A stretch of DNA of 64,000 bases. Source: Malacoraja senta (lineage: Eukaryota). The DNA lies in the NCBI GenBank assembly GCA_038087875.1, contig JAXLNO010000563.1, positions 124,001-188,000 of the forward strand, written 5' to 3'. Within the stretch, counting starts at the first letter, position 1. The number at the start of each line of letters is the position of its first letter. The position numbers and the translations under genes are program-made. The notes beneath the pieces are model-generated. The model did not search any database. It was not told where the DNA came from and saw only the letters and a list, made by a program, of their open reading frames with translations. Shown piece after piece: positions 13,101-23,847 of this stretch.

Positions 13101-16100
13101 ATTTGTAAGACTTCATTCCCCATGCACAAAGCCATGCTGTCTATCCCTAATCAATCCTTGCCTTTGCAAATACTGCGAGATCCTGTCTCTCAGACTGCCC
13201 TGCAGTAACATTCTCAGCAGTGATGTCAGGCTCACCAGTGGGTAGTTCCCTGCTTGTCCTCACCTCACTTGTGAAACAAAGGCACAGCAATGGCCACCTT
13301 CTAGTCTTCTGCTTACTCACCCATGACTAACAAGGATGCAAAAAGATTCTGAAGAAGGGTCTCGACCCGAAACGTCACCTATTCCTTTTCTCCAGAGGTG
13401 CTGATTGACCCACTGAGTTGCTCCAGCATTTTGTGTCTATCTTCAGTGTAAACCAGCATCTGCAGTTCCACCCTACACAAAAGAGTCTCAAACCTTAAAT
13501 GTTAACTGTTTATCTTTCCACAGACGCTGCCTGACCTGCTGAGTTTTTTCCAGCATTTCTGTTTATTTCAGATTTCCGCCATTTGTAGCTTTTTAATAAT
13601 TTTCATTGAAAACTTGCTTTATTTGAATGTGATGCAGATTCAGGAAAGCACTATAATAAAGGGATATGGGGAGAAGGCAGGCACGGGGTACTGATTGTGG
13701 ATGATCAGCCATGATCACAGTGAATGGCGGTGCTGGCTCGAAGGGCCGAATGGCCTCCTTCTCCACCTATTTACAATGTAATTCCTGAACAACAAGAGCC
13801 AGTATATTTGCATCAGTAAGTGTTCTAATACTAAACAGCAAGTTTGGCAAAGGGATGGTTAATAATGTTAGTTTGCAGGTACCGAACCCTCACCAGAGAT
13901 CGTGTCAGGTGGAAACGATTGTCGGTCACATCCAGTCTCCAGCTGAACCTGTCTGTGTGGAGAGTGGTCGTGTCCTCAGGAGAGGGAGTGAAGGTTGTGA
14001 GTCAGGAGCCAACTCATTCTTACCACCGCTAATGATGGTCCACTCACCACATTCCCACCTTGCCTGAGTGTGGTGTTGTCAGGAAGACCATGTGGTGACG
14101 TGTCAGAAGAACAAACAACTAACTGAAATAATGGAATTAAAATGGAATAAAAACCAACTCACTTGACATAACTTGAACGTTCAGGATGAAAGACGACAGA
14201 AACTGACGGATCTTCTGGATCAGGTGGACTTTCGACTTGAAGAGGCAGTGTAATGAAAAATGAAAATTCCTGTTTTATCCTGCCATTTACAAATGGGGCA
14301 TAAATTGCCCAACCAGCAGAGATGGGAACAATTGTATCTGTGGAGAAGAAACTTTCTCAGTTATGGACAAGAGTCAAGAGTGAAGAATATTTAATTGTCA
14401 CCAACTGAAAACAGAACAATGATATTCTTACTTGCATAACAGACCTGTGAAGATACTTTTCAACGAAAACACACTAAACATAAATTTTCAATAAATTATA
14501 AATGCCAATATTATTACAAAAGCCCCAAATCCTTTCAGCAACCAAGACAATCCGCAGTTCATTGTTTAGTTAGTGTTTGTCGTCTTCAAGAGCATGTTCA
14601 AGAGCAAATGCACGGCCATGCACATACACACACACACACTCAGACACACGCACACACTCAAACATACACACACAGAGTCAGTCACAAATGTACTAGCACA
14701 GAAATACAGATAAGCACACAGACGTACACATAGCATCACACACAAACACTTACACATGCAAACACTCACACACAGACACACGCACGCACTCTCACAGATA
14801 TATGCACACACGCACACTTATAATCATATGCATGAACTCTCGGACACGCACACACCCACCCACACAGGTACACCCGCATAAACATACACCCACACACATG
14901 TACAAACGCGGACACACACATACAGCAGATTGTGGATTTTAGAACTCCACCAATGGAACCTCAGCCGGTGTACCTGCACAGCTGAATTCCTTTCTCAGCT
15001 CAGCTCAACCTGGAAATGTATGGATGATGAATGAAGTCACAACTGGAGAACTGTGTACAGTTCTGGTCACCTCACCACAGGAAGGGAGTGATAGGATTGA
15101 AATTTGGAAGCGTTGAGTTTGCCGCTTTTGCCCAGCATCCATTTGGTCGGTGGGGGCGCTGCAAGCCGGCAGCCCTGCCAGCAGCGTGTCAGTTCTTTCT
15201 ACATTTTTTGTTTTTTTAGTATGTCCTAATGTGGGTTTTTAATGTTCCTTTGTGTGTCTTGTGTAGGGGGTGGTGTGTGGGGATAAGGGGGAAACCGCTT
15301 CGGTCGCCTCCTCCACGGAGAGGCGACTTTTTCCATGTCGCCTCCCCCGTGGCCTAACAGCAAGGATCGGTGCGGCCTTTCCCGGAGACGTGCCCAGGGC
15401 TTCAGCGGCGGGCACAGTGCAGACTCTCGGTGTGGAGCGGGGTGGACTTACCATCAGGAGCGGGGTCCCTCGCCGGGGATCCCTGAAGGGGAGCTTCGAC
15501 CGCTGGCCCTGCAGTCTGTGGTGCTTCTGGCTGCGGCACGGCGGGAACTTTAAATCTCCGACCGCCGGCCTGCGGCCTACACCAACCTGAAGCCACGGTC
15601 TCCGGTGCGGGGGCACCGATTCAGGACTTACCTGGACTATTTACCTTGTCTGCACATCTGGATGCCCGCAGCGATGGATGCGGAGGGTTGAGGTCCCGAC
15701 CACGGGGGGAAATGGAGGAGGATTGGCCAAATTTTTGTGCCTTCCACCACAGTTTTTAGTGTGTTTTTGTGTGTTCTTTTTCATTGTACCGTTGCTGGCA
15801 AATTCATTTCACTTGCACTTTATGTGCAAGTGACGAATAAAACTGATTATATTGTATTGTATTGCATGGCAAGGAAGGGCTGACTGGCCTCCTTCTGTCC
15901 TGTGTGCTTCAGTCTCTCCATGAAGCACAGAAAACCATCTGGTGACCTAATGTGGATCCTGTCAGCCTGCCTGCACATTAGTTTGAAATAAGATGGGTCA
16001 GACACTGAGACATAAGCCACGTTCCATGCTGTTACATTGAACAAATAACTAACGTACCTGCAACATTATTGAAATGTGAATAATCCAAAAATTTGCCCAA

Positions 16101-17402
16101 GGCGATCTTTGTTGCAGTCTTCAAATCCGTTCCATTAACAAACGTATAAAGCCATTGCATGTTTGTTAAAGTGATCTCTTCATAATTCTAGGGTGATGAA
16201 AGGAAAGTGAGGAGTCAATGGAATAGTGGTGAAGTTCAGGGGCAGCATCTGTGTTGGGAGCTGTGATTTGGGAGTCTGATGAGTTCACAGTCTCCATGCT
16301 CTGACTGGACTGAACAACTGAGAGAATGTGTTGAATTTACAGAAACACTGGAATAATTGCTGTAAGAAGCCGAAGGTTCCCCGGCTTTCCACACTGGGTA
16401 AAAGGCTGCTCTGGAAAAATAAAGGTTCCAGTGTGGGATGAGTGTGAGGAGTCTGAGCCCATTCCCCAGAGGGAGTGGGGTCTGGGCCACAACTGGTAAC
16501 GATGGGGTGAAGTGGGGAAAGGGGTCCTACTGGTGAGGCAATGTCTGCTCTGTCAGTTCTGGGCTGTGGTGATACATTGGACCTGTTCTCCCACTGTCTG
16601 TGGTGCACCCAGACCAGGAGAAGTCTGAGTCTACAGATGAGTCTACACTCAACACAACCTTCCTGTAGACGGGATACCCTGAGTGTGGTTATTATAACCT
16701 CGCAGACCTCACTGGCCCACAGGTTGTCTATGTGGCCTTGACCCCACCATTCCCCACCTCTGTTCCCCCTGTCTCCCTATGCTGATACAACCCCACTCCC
16801 TGCACCATCCTGTATTCTTGAACAAAAAAGGTTCCAAATGATCATATTGTTTGTTAATTTAAATATTGGCAGACTTCACGTTCATTGATCCACGGAACAA
16901 AAATCTTTATTCATGTTAAACTGTTGTCGGATCCTCATCACATTTTTAATTTCAGCTGTGACATAATTTCTGAGACTGAAAGTGGAAATAATTGTGCAGT
17001 CAGTATACAGGAAATATTCCTTACTCCCCATTCCCTCTGGGATAAACTCCAGAGGGAGTGAGGAGTGTTGAAGTGAAGATACTCAGCAAACTGAGTCCAA
17101 GCTCCATCCTGGTCTGTCAGGGTGAGCTCCACAACACACAACAACGTACAACAGAGGATTTCAGGGATGGGTTTCAAACTATGGACAAATTTAACCCTGA
17201 GCTGAGTGTGGAACAGCAAATATCCTCTCTTCCCCACCATCCATCCATGATAATTCCCAAAAGTACTTACATCATACACATTGACTGTCGGGAGAGCATA
17301 ACACATCATTCTCTTGCACGCCTCTTCCACACGTTGATCTGCTCCTGTTCCTGCAACCTGCAGCCGCAGGAGGACAGAGAGAGTTAAACAGAGTCTCAGC
17401 AT
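9992..17402 (-). CDS. Secreted SOUL/heme-binding protein 2-like gene, 4 coding exons, 196 aa, apparently intact
   Basis: join(17402-17271,16187-16058,14337-14163,10145-9992) = 591 nt, all GT-AG, phases 0/1/2, no stops. Protein: MLRLCLTLSVLLRLQVAGTGADQRVEEACKRMMCYALPTVNVYDNYEEITLTNMQWLYTFVNGTDLKTATKIALGKFLDYSHFNNVADTIVPISAGWAIYAPFVNGRIKQEFSFFITLPLQVESPPDPEDPSVSVVFHPERSSYVKTLEQKPEDYERLANEFKKDLEKDHRSFHSHYVYIAWYNTRGLVQIVFSKK. Landmarks match SOUL/HEBP2 (YE-x8-W, Y-x4-N, SFF..P...PP.P.DP.V, YV[KR], A.YN). The family assignment comes from motif recognition only. Confidence 0.88.
10480..10870 (-). mobile_element. Degenerate Penelope-like coding fragment with a small CR1 tail inside
   Basis: Peptide ...QDSIPRHMAPPP resembles the LQ.D...HIFP.PP segment C-terminal to Penelope RT; weak evidence. 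Confidence 0.4.
11005..11385. mobile_element. Two tandem palindromic Penelope-type terminal repeat elements with hammerhead-like cores
   Basis: Both start gaactgcagatgctgg and have inverted arms; CTGAAGA-A-stem-GAAACGTC occurs on the minus strand at about 11100-11132 and on the plus strand at 11308-11343. Confidence 0.7.
11400..12735 (+). mobile_element. Fragmented CR1 with nested short elements, including an L2-tailed SINE-like insert at about 12100-12330
   Basis: Peptides IKVDKSP and DWSVTNVIPLFKKGSRDNLGHYSLVSLSS; the insert ends ggcgcccacaaataaaatg(tat)n like 61560-61620. Confidence 0.7.
12743..13058 (+). mobile_element. HE1-type tRNA-derived V-SINE
   Basis: ggcacggtggcacagcggtagagttgctgccttac...ggttcgatcc (A and B boxes), V-domain core and HER1-like tail. 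Confidence 0.88.
13345..13610. mobile_element. Penelope-type terminal repeat fragments with a hammerhead core
   Basis: CTGAAGA A GGGTCTCGACCC GAAA CGTC at 13349-13376. Confidence 0.7.
14163..14337 (-). CDS. SOUL/HEBP2-like exon 3
   Basis: Acceptor tttcttctccacag|, peptide TIVPISAG...SFFITLPLQVESPPDPEDPSV...SYV, donor AA|GTGAGT, phase 2. Confidence 0.9.
14620..14925. repeat. Degenerate (CA)n-rich tract in intron 2
   Basis: Seen directly in the sequence. Confidence 0.9.
15125..15865 (+). mobile_element. Non-autonomous GC-rich retroposon with a Rex1-like 3' tail
   Basis: Ends gtgacgaataaa...(attgt)n; its 5' architecture (T-rich block, gggggaaaccgctt) resembles 33145-34000 and 60660-61370. Confidence 0.6.
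16058..16187 (-). CDS. SOUL/HEBP2-like exon 2
   Basis: Acceptor ctttcctttcatcaccctag|, peptide NYEEITLTNMQWLYT...DYSHFNNVA, donor CAG|GTACGT, phase 1. Confidence 0.9.
17271..17402 (-). CDS. SOUL/HEBP2-like exon 1 (signal peptide, CxxxxC)
   Basis: ATG at 17402, hydrophobic leader, donor GAT|GTAAGT, phase 0. Confidence 0.9.
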
Positions 17403-17491
17403 CGTGGGCTCTGCTCTGGTTACTGTTGGATGCACCCAGTCACTCTCCACACCTCCAGCTGGATCTGCTGTCTTAGCCCTGAATTTAAACC

Positions 17492-17499
17492 TTATTATA
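17492..17499 (-). promoter_or_regulatory. TATA-like box of the intact gene
   Basis: TATAATAA about 90 nt upstream of the ATG; the paralog has TATAAAAA at the same position. Confidence 0.5.
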
Positions 17500-17574
17500 C
17501 TGTTTTCTGAAGACTATTTTGAATATCGTGTCTGAGAAATGAAGTCAGGTTATATATTATGCAAATATTATTTT

Positions 17575-17579
<5 letters not shown>

Positions 17580-17611
<32 letters not shown>

Positions 17612-18668
17612 ACATTACAACCACATACATTAATACTCGTCATTTGTATCTTCTTACAATTAATGTACTCCCTTTATTTATTTTTTTTACACTAGAAAAG
17701 GAAAAGATTGAAAGAAAGAAGAAAGTGAAGGAAAAAGTGAAAGTGTAGAAAAGTGTAGAAAATGTAACAACAAAAAAGGACGAAGACCCTATAAGAGCGA
17801 AATTAAAAACAAAAGAAAAAGAGTTAAGAAATAGGCCCTAGGAAAAAAAAGAGAAAGAGAGAGAGGAAAAAAAAAAAAAAAAAAAAAAAATTACGTAAAT
17901 AGGACATACCAACTCTTCAACTATCATCCCCCCTTACCTGACCTCAATTTTTTATTTGTTTTAAAGTACTTTTGCACCCTATGTTTGTAATAATTCTATA
18001 AATGCAGACCACGTCAGGTGGAAGTGATCTGGTTTACCTGCTAGGAGGAGTCTTATCTCTTCTAGGTGTAATGTTTCAAACATACTTGAAATCCACATAT
18101 TTATAGTTGGTATTGGAGCCTTCTTCCAAAATTTTAGAATTAGCTTTTTTCCAGTTATTAACCCATAGTCCATTAATTTCTTTTGAAACACATTTAGTTC
18201 TGGATCATCTTCCGTTATTCCGAAGATAATCCATTCTGCTTTGGGTATCAGTCTTGTTTTAAATAACTTTGTAAAGATTTCAAAAATTTCATTCCAAAAT
18301 TTTTGAATTTTTGTACAGAAGACGAATGAGTGCGCTATAGTAGCTTCTTGGGATTGACATTTATCACAAATAGATGGGAAATAGTTTGGGAAAATTTTAT
18401 GAATTTTAGTTTTCGAATAATATAATCTATGTAAAATTTTAAATTGTATTAAAGTGTGTCTTACATTAATCGAGCATTTATGCACGTTTAATAAGTATTC
18501 ATTCCAACTTTCCTTTGAAATTTTAATAGCTAACTCTTGTTCCCAGTCTCTTCTGATACCCTCCGTAGGTGGTATTTGTACATTTAAAATAATATTATAC
18601 AAATATGATATTAAGTTTGCTGATTCCGCTTTTATCTGCATTGCCTCGTCCAATACATCTACTGGGTT
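17580..18668 (-). mobile_element. 5'-truncated L1, same family as 1-2462, with poly(A) and a 15-16 bp TSD
   Basis: ORF 17979..18653 closely matches the C-terminus of ORF 81..2120; poly(T) at 17580-17606; TSD atattatttt(t)gttct at 17565-17579 and 18669-18684. Confidence 0.93.
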
Positions 18669-19717
18669 ATATTATTTTTGTTCTGAGCTAATGGAATCAT
18701 TCACCGTCAGAGTGCTGAATCTGAGGAAGCCTGAGACCCTGCAGCAGACAATTAAATGGACGTGTGTGTTAACTGTTGCTGGACGGCGAGCTCTGGGGAA
18801 GGTGGAGTCACCAGTGAGGATGGTCATTAATGGCATCGGTTTGTGAGTGGTGGGGGAGAGTTTTTTCTCATCCACCAACATCCAAGCCCCAGCCCTGGGA
18901 CCTTCCCCATCTTTGAATCATGTCCACAAGACAGGCCGACGCACCAACTGAGATGGAGAGGGTTGTCAGAGACGTTATAGGCCTAAGTGGAACATTAACC
19001 AGAGCATATCCATTTTTCCCTCATCTCATTTCCTGCTTATTTCCATTGGAGAGAGTCAGTGGATCAGATATTGCCCATTTTATCCCCTTGCCCAATAGAC
19101 CATGGGCCAAGGTGCTTTTTCATTTCATTTTGTGACCCACATCCCATATCTACCTGTATTTTTAACATATTATGTCAAAATATTATAGGAATCTTATCTG
19201 AAACTTGCAAATATTTTAGTCAAGAAAAAAACCTGCACACATTTTTAGAATATGGAAAAAATCTCTGATATTCCGATTAGTCATTGTCCAATCAAAGCAC
19301 GTTTGACATTGAGTCGGACGCCAATTGACCAATCACGCACTTTGTTTCAGGCTAGCTAGGCAGGGAGCACTCTGGGATCATGGCGGAGAGGAAGGTTAGT
19401 GCAAGAGGTTTTAACTGTCAAAACAAAACTACAAATAACCTCACATGATTATCTACACCATAATTAACCATGACAGTATGATTGATGATTCCTGTGAACT
19501 TTCAGCAAGTTGTCATCTATTGTTTGCCAGAGAGTGAACTGCAGATTACTGTGCATGCATACGTATGAAAGAGTTCAACTTTGAGGAAGACACTGGATAA
19601 GAATACTTTGAATACCCAACTGTGCTAAAGTAACAATATTCTCCAAACAGGAGACCGGTCCAAGACATGATTATTATTGTGAGATTGTAGTGTAGTTGTT
19701 TATATCAGTACATTGCG

Positions 19718-20373
<656 letters not shown>

Positions 20374-21028
20374 TAAACAAATTAAAATGCAATGTTTCTG
20401 CTTGTCAACTAGCTATTCATGACATACCAACAGGTTCCTGGCAATGCAATGAGGAATGATCTCACTGTACAGAGAGGGGATACGTCTCACCGTGACCCCA
20501 AAATGTACCACGGGTCGTGCTTCATTCTCTGAGATGGGTTGGGAGACAGCTCGAGGTCAGGTGGTGATTGAGGCTGCTAAGACTTAATGAACATTGTACT
20601 TACTCATCCAGATCAACTCCAGCTATCCTGGACACTGCAAAGTACCAAAAACAAAGTTACTTTCCTCTGGTAGATGCACGATGCTAGAGAAACTCAGCGG
20701 AACAGGCAGCATCTCTGGAGAAAAGGAATAGGTGATGTTTGGGGTCGAGTCCCTTCTTCAGACTGAGAGATACAGATATCTTTAGTTTCTCTCTCCCCTC
20801 ACTCTCAAACTGCAGAAGGGTCTGGACCCAAAACGTCACCTATCCATTTTCTCCAGAGATGCTGGTTGTCCCTCTGAGTTGCTCCAGCAAGTGTGTCTAC
20901 CAGAGGAAATAAACTAGCAGTCAGTGGGGTTCAGTAAACTGGGGAATGCATAGGATCCGCCCTCACCCATTAATTAGGCGGGTTCGGGAACCGGTGAAAC
21001 CCAGGAACTCTGCGGCAGTCTCACTCAC

Positions 21029-21215
21029 CGTTCACCTCCAGTCGGACTCTTGCCTGAGTTTCACCTACTGAACTTGATCCGAAATTCACCTCATATTCAC
21101 CAGCGTCCTCACCTCGAAGATCACGGATTAAAAGACTGAAATTCCCATGGTGAATGGTTACCCGTCCCGTGTAATTGCCGTAATAGTATTCAATGTTCCC
21201 ATTCGAGTCTCGGTG
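21029..21215 (-). pseudogene. Truncated IgV-domain exon of a CD2/SLAM/CEACAM/HEPACAM-type receptor (3' half only)
   Basis: HRDSNGNIEYYYGNYTGRVTIHHGNFSLLIRDLRGEDAGEYEVNFGSSSVGETQARVRLEVN followed by a phase-1 donor G|GTGAGT; V-set motifs GRV, NFSL.I..L..ED.G.Y and V.L.V; no F-strand Cys; in-frame TAG immediately upstream. Confidence 0.8.
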
Positions 21216-21736
21216 CTACCACAGCTCCCCATAGAGTAATATACATCTACCTATTATTGAGCACAAGAGGGCGCTGTTACTTTTTCTAAATACCTTAATT
21301 AATTAGTGTGCAACTTTTTGCACTGACGAGTTATGAATTCCTTCTGAATGATATCTATATAACTAAAAGTCTCATCATGACCACTTCCTGTCTGCGCTGT
21401 ATATTGATTTTAGAAAAAACGCTACCCTATATCGCTATGATTTTTTGCCATCTTACTCCCAGTCCTCCTCCGCTGAGGCAGCCCTGAGGAGTTTTACGAT
21501 CGATGAAAATTGTAAAATCTTGAGATGAGCTGATTGGTCCTCTCGCCTGTCATTCACCACGATGAAGGTAATGCCCTTTCCGGGGGGGCATCCGGGCTAT
21601 AAAACCTCGGATGCCTGGATGTGAGTCAGTCACTCTGGAAGATCGCGAGGAAGAGTCCACGACTGTGAATCTAAGCTGTGAATCAAATGAACTGTGAGTC
21701 TGCAATGTACTTGCAATAAATGATTTGTTAGGAAGT

Positions 21737-22275
21737 TGAAATGCAACGAAATTGAATTTGCTGGCCTGCAGTCTGCTTGAAATGCTATGAAATTGAATTT
21801 GCTCACCTGCGCTCTGCTTCAAATGCTATGGAATTGAATTTGATGGCATGCGCCCTGCTTGAAATGCTATGAAATTGAATTTGCTGGCCGGCGCTCTGAT
21901 TGAAATGCTGTGAATTTGAATTTGCTGGCCTGCGCTCTGCTTGAAATTGTATGAAATTTAATTTGCTGGCCTGCACTCTGCTTCAAATGCTATGAAATTT
22001 AATTTGCTGGCCTGCGCTCTGCTTGAAATGCTATGATATTTAATTTGCTGGCCTGCGATCTGCTCGAAATGCAATGAAATTGAATTTGCTCCCCAGCGCT
22101 CTGCTTGAAATTCGATGAAATTGAATTTGCTGGCCTGCGCACTGCTTGAAATACAATGAAATTGATTTTGCTGGCCTGCGCTCTGCTTGAAATGCTATGA
22201 AATTGAATTTGCTGGCCTGCGCTCTGCTTGAAACGCTATGAAATTGAATTTGCTGGCTTGCGCTCTGCTTGAAAT
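21737..22275. repeat. 41-bp minisatellite, about 13 copies
   Basis: Unit gaaatgctatgaaattgaatttgctggcctgcgctctgctt. Confidence 0.95.
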
Positions 22276-22789
22276 GAGTGAGTGAGTGAACTGCCAGCCC
22301 ACCAGCCGTGAGTCAGTGAGTGAACTGCAAGACCAACTTTGGCCTACCTGAAACCACTCATTTCAGCTCACAAGGCCCCATATTAGCCTAGAAACCAGTC
22401 CCTTTTGCCCAAAATGCCCGTATTTGGCCAGGAAGAGCATTTTGGCCCAAAGGCCCGTGCCAGGCCAGGAAAAGTCCACAAAAAGTGCCTTTCACTGAGG
22501 CCACTTCTTTTTTTTTGTCCCTTCGGCCCATCAGGCATGTAATAGCCCTGGATGAGTCCATTCGGGCCATAGTAAGTATTCCCCCTGTATTAAACCTCAC
22601 CCCAGTATTTTTCTCCCTCCCTTCATTGGCTCCCTGTGAGATCCAGGCCAGGATAGACTTTCCTCCTTCATTGCTGTGATCTCTAGAAAAAGATGAAAAA
22701 TGTCTAAAATTGATTCTCCACCTTCACCCCCTTCTCTCTCACAGAGTCTCTCACCTGTTTGGGCAGAATTTCTGGCAGTTTCTGATCTG

Positions 22790-23066
22790 ACAGCCCACCT
22801 GCCGTGAGTAACTGAGCTGCCAGCCCACCAGTCCTGAGTGAATAAGCTGCCAGCCCACCATCCCTGAGTGACTGAGCTGCCAGCAAACGAGCCCTGAGTG
22901 ATTGAGCTGCCAGCCCAACAGGCCTGAGTGACTGAGCTGCCAGCCTACCAGGCCTGAGTGACTGAGCTGCCAGACCACCAGGCCTGAGTGACTGAGCTGC
23001 CAGCCCACTAGGCCAGAGTGACTGAGCTGCCAGCCTACCAGGCCTGAGTGACTGAGCTGCCAGCCC
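22790..23066. repeat. 30-bp minisatellite, about 9 copies
   Basis: Unit tgagtgactgagctgccagcccaccaggcc. Confidence 0.95.
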
Positions 23067-23847
23067 AAGAATCCATTCGGAACACAATGTCCATACTAGC
23101 CCTCTGGTAACCAGTCCCTTCGGCCAACAACACCCATTCTAGTGCTCCAGAAAGCTCCCCCACTGGCCACCAATATTGGAATTGGCGGAGAGGTGGAATA
23201 TTGCGTTGGGGGACCAGCCCTCCCGTGTGAACATGGGACCGAACAGGTCACACTTACTCTAGTTTTATCTAAATCTGTGCCAAATTTCAAGTAGATACCA
23301 GTCATGGGTCACGAAAGTTAAATTCTAGACACATTTGCGATGTTCGGCCCATGGCCCACAAGGATAAAATGAGAAGATGTGGACCTGTTGTTTTAAAGCT
23401 AAGGTGCCGAACCTGATACTAAGACCAACTCTTACACATAATCCATATCCTTCCATTCCTAGGATATCTGTAAGTTGATCGAAAAGTCCTTAGAACACCA
23501 CTATCATATCATTCTCATCCATCACCCCTGACAGCACGTTCCAGGCACTCACCACACCTTGTGTAAAAAACTTGCCCCGCACATCTCTTTTAAACTTTGT
23601 CCTTCTCATCTTAAAGCTATGCCCTCAAGTATTTTTATACATATGGGGAAAAAGCTTCTTACTCTGTATCCCATCTTTGACCTGAAACATTTACTTCTTT
23701 TCATTTTCAACTGATGTTCCCGACCTGCCTGATGTCCCCAGTATTTTCTGTTTTTATTTCAGATTTCCATCATCTGCATTGTTCCTTTACATACATGAGA
23801 TAAGGGAAGCCAGAATACCTCAAAGGGAGTGGGATTATTAAATATAA

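Larger units (their letters stand above)
21354..23262 (+). mobile_element. Non-autonomous Helitron with internal minisatellites
   Basis: A|TCTATATAACTAAAAG...hairpin-like gggaccgaacaggtcac...CTAG|T: 5'-TC, 3'-CTAG, inserted between A and T with no TSD. Confidence 0.8.

Noticed and set aside
16938..17450. The 170-aa ORF as a single-exon gene
   Set aside because: It is 5' UTR plus exon 1 plus read-through into intron 1; the spliced model explains the sequence better.
21737..23066. 41-bp and 30-bp arrays as a CRISPR array or as repeat proteins (ORFs 22704..23087 and 22751..23068)
   Set aside because: No unique spacers and a vertebrate context; the ORFs arise only because a 30-bp unit is stop-free in some frames.
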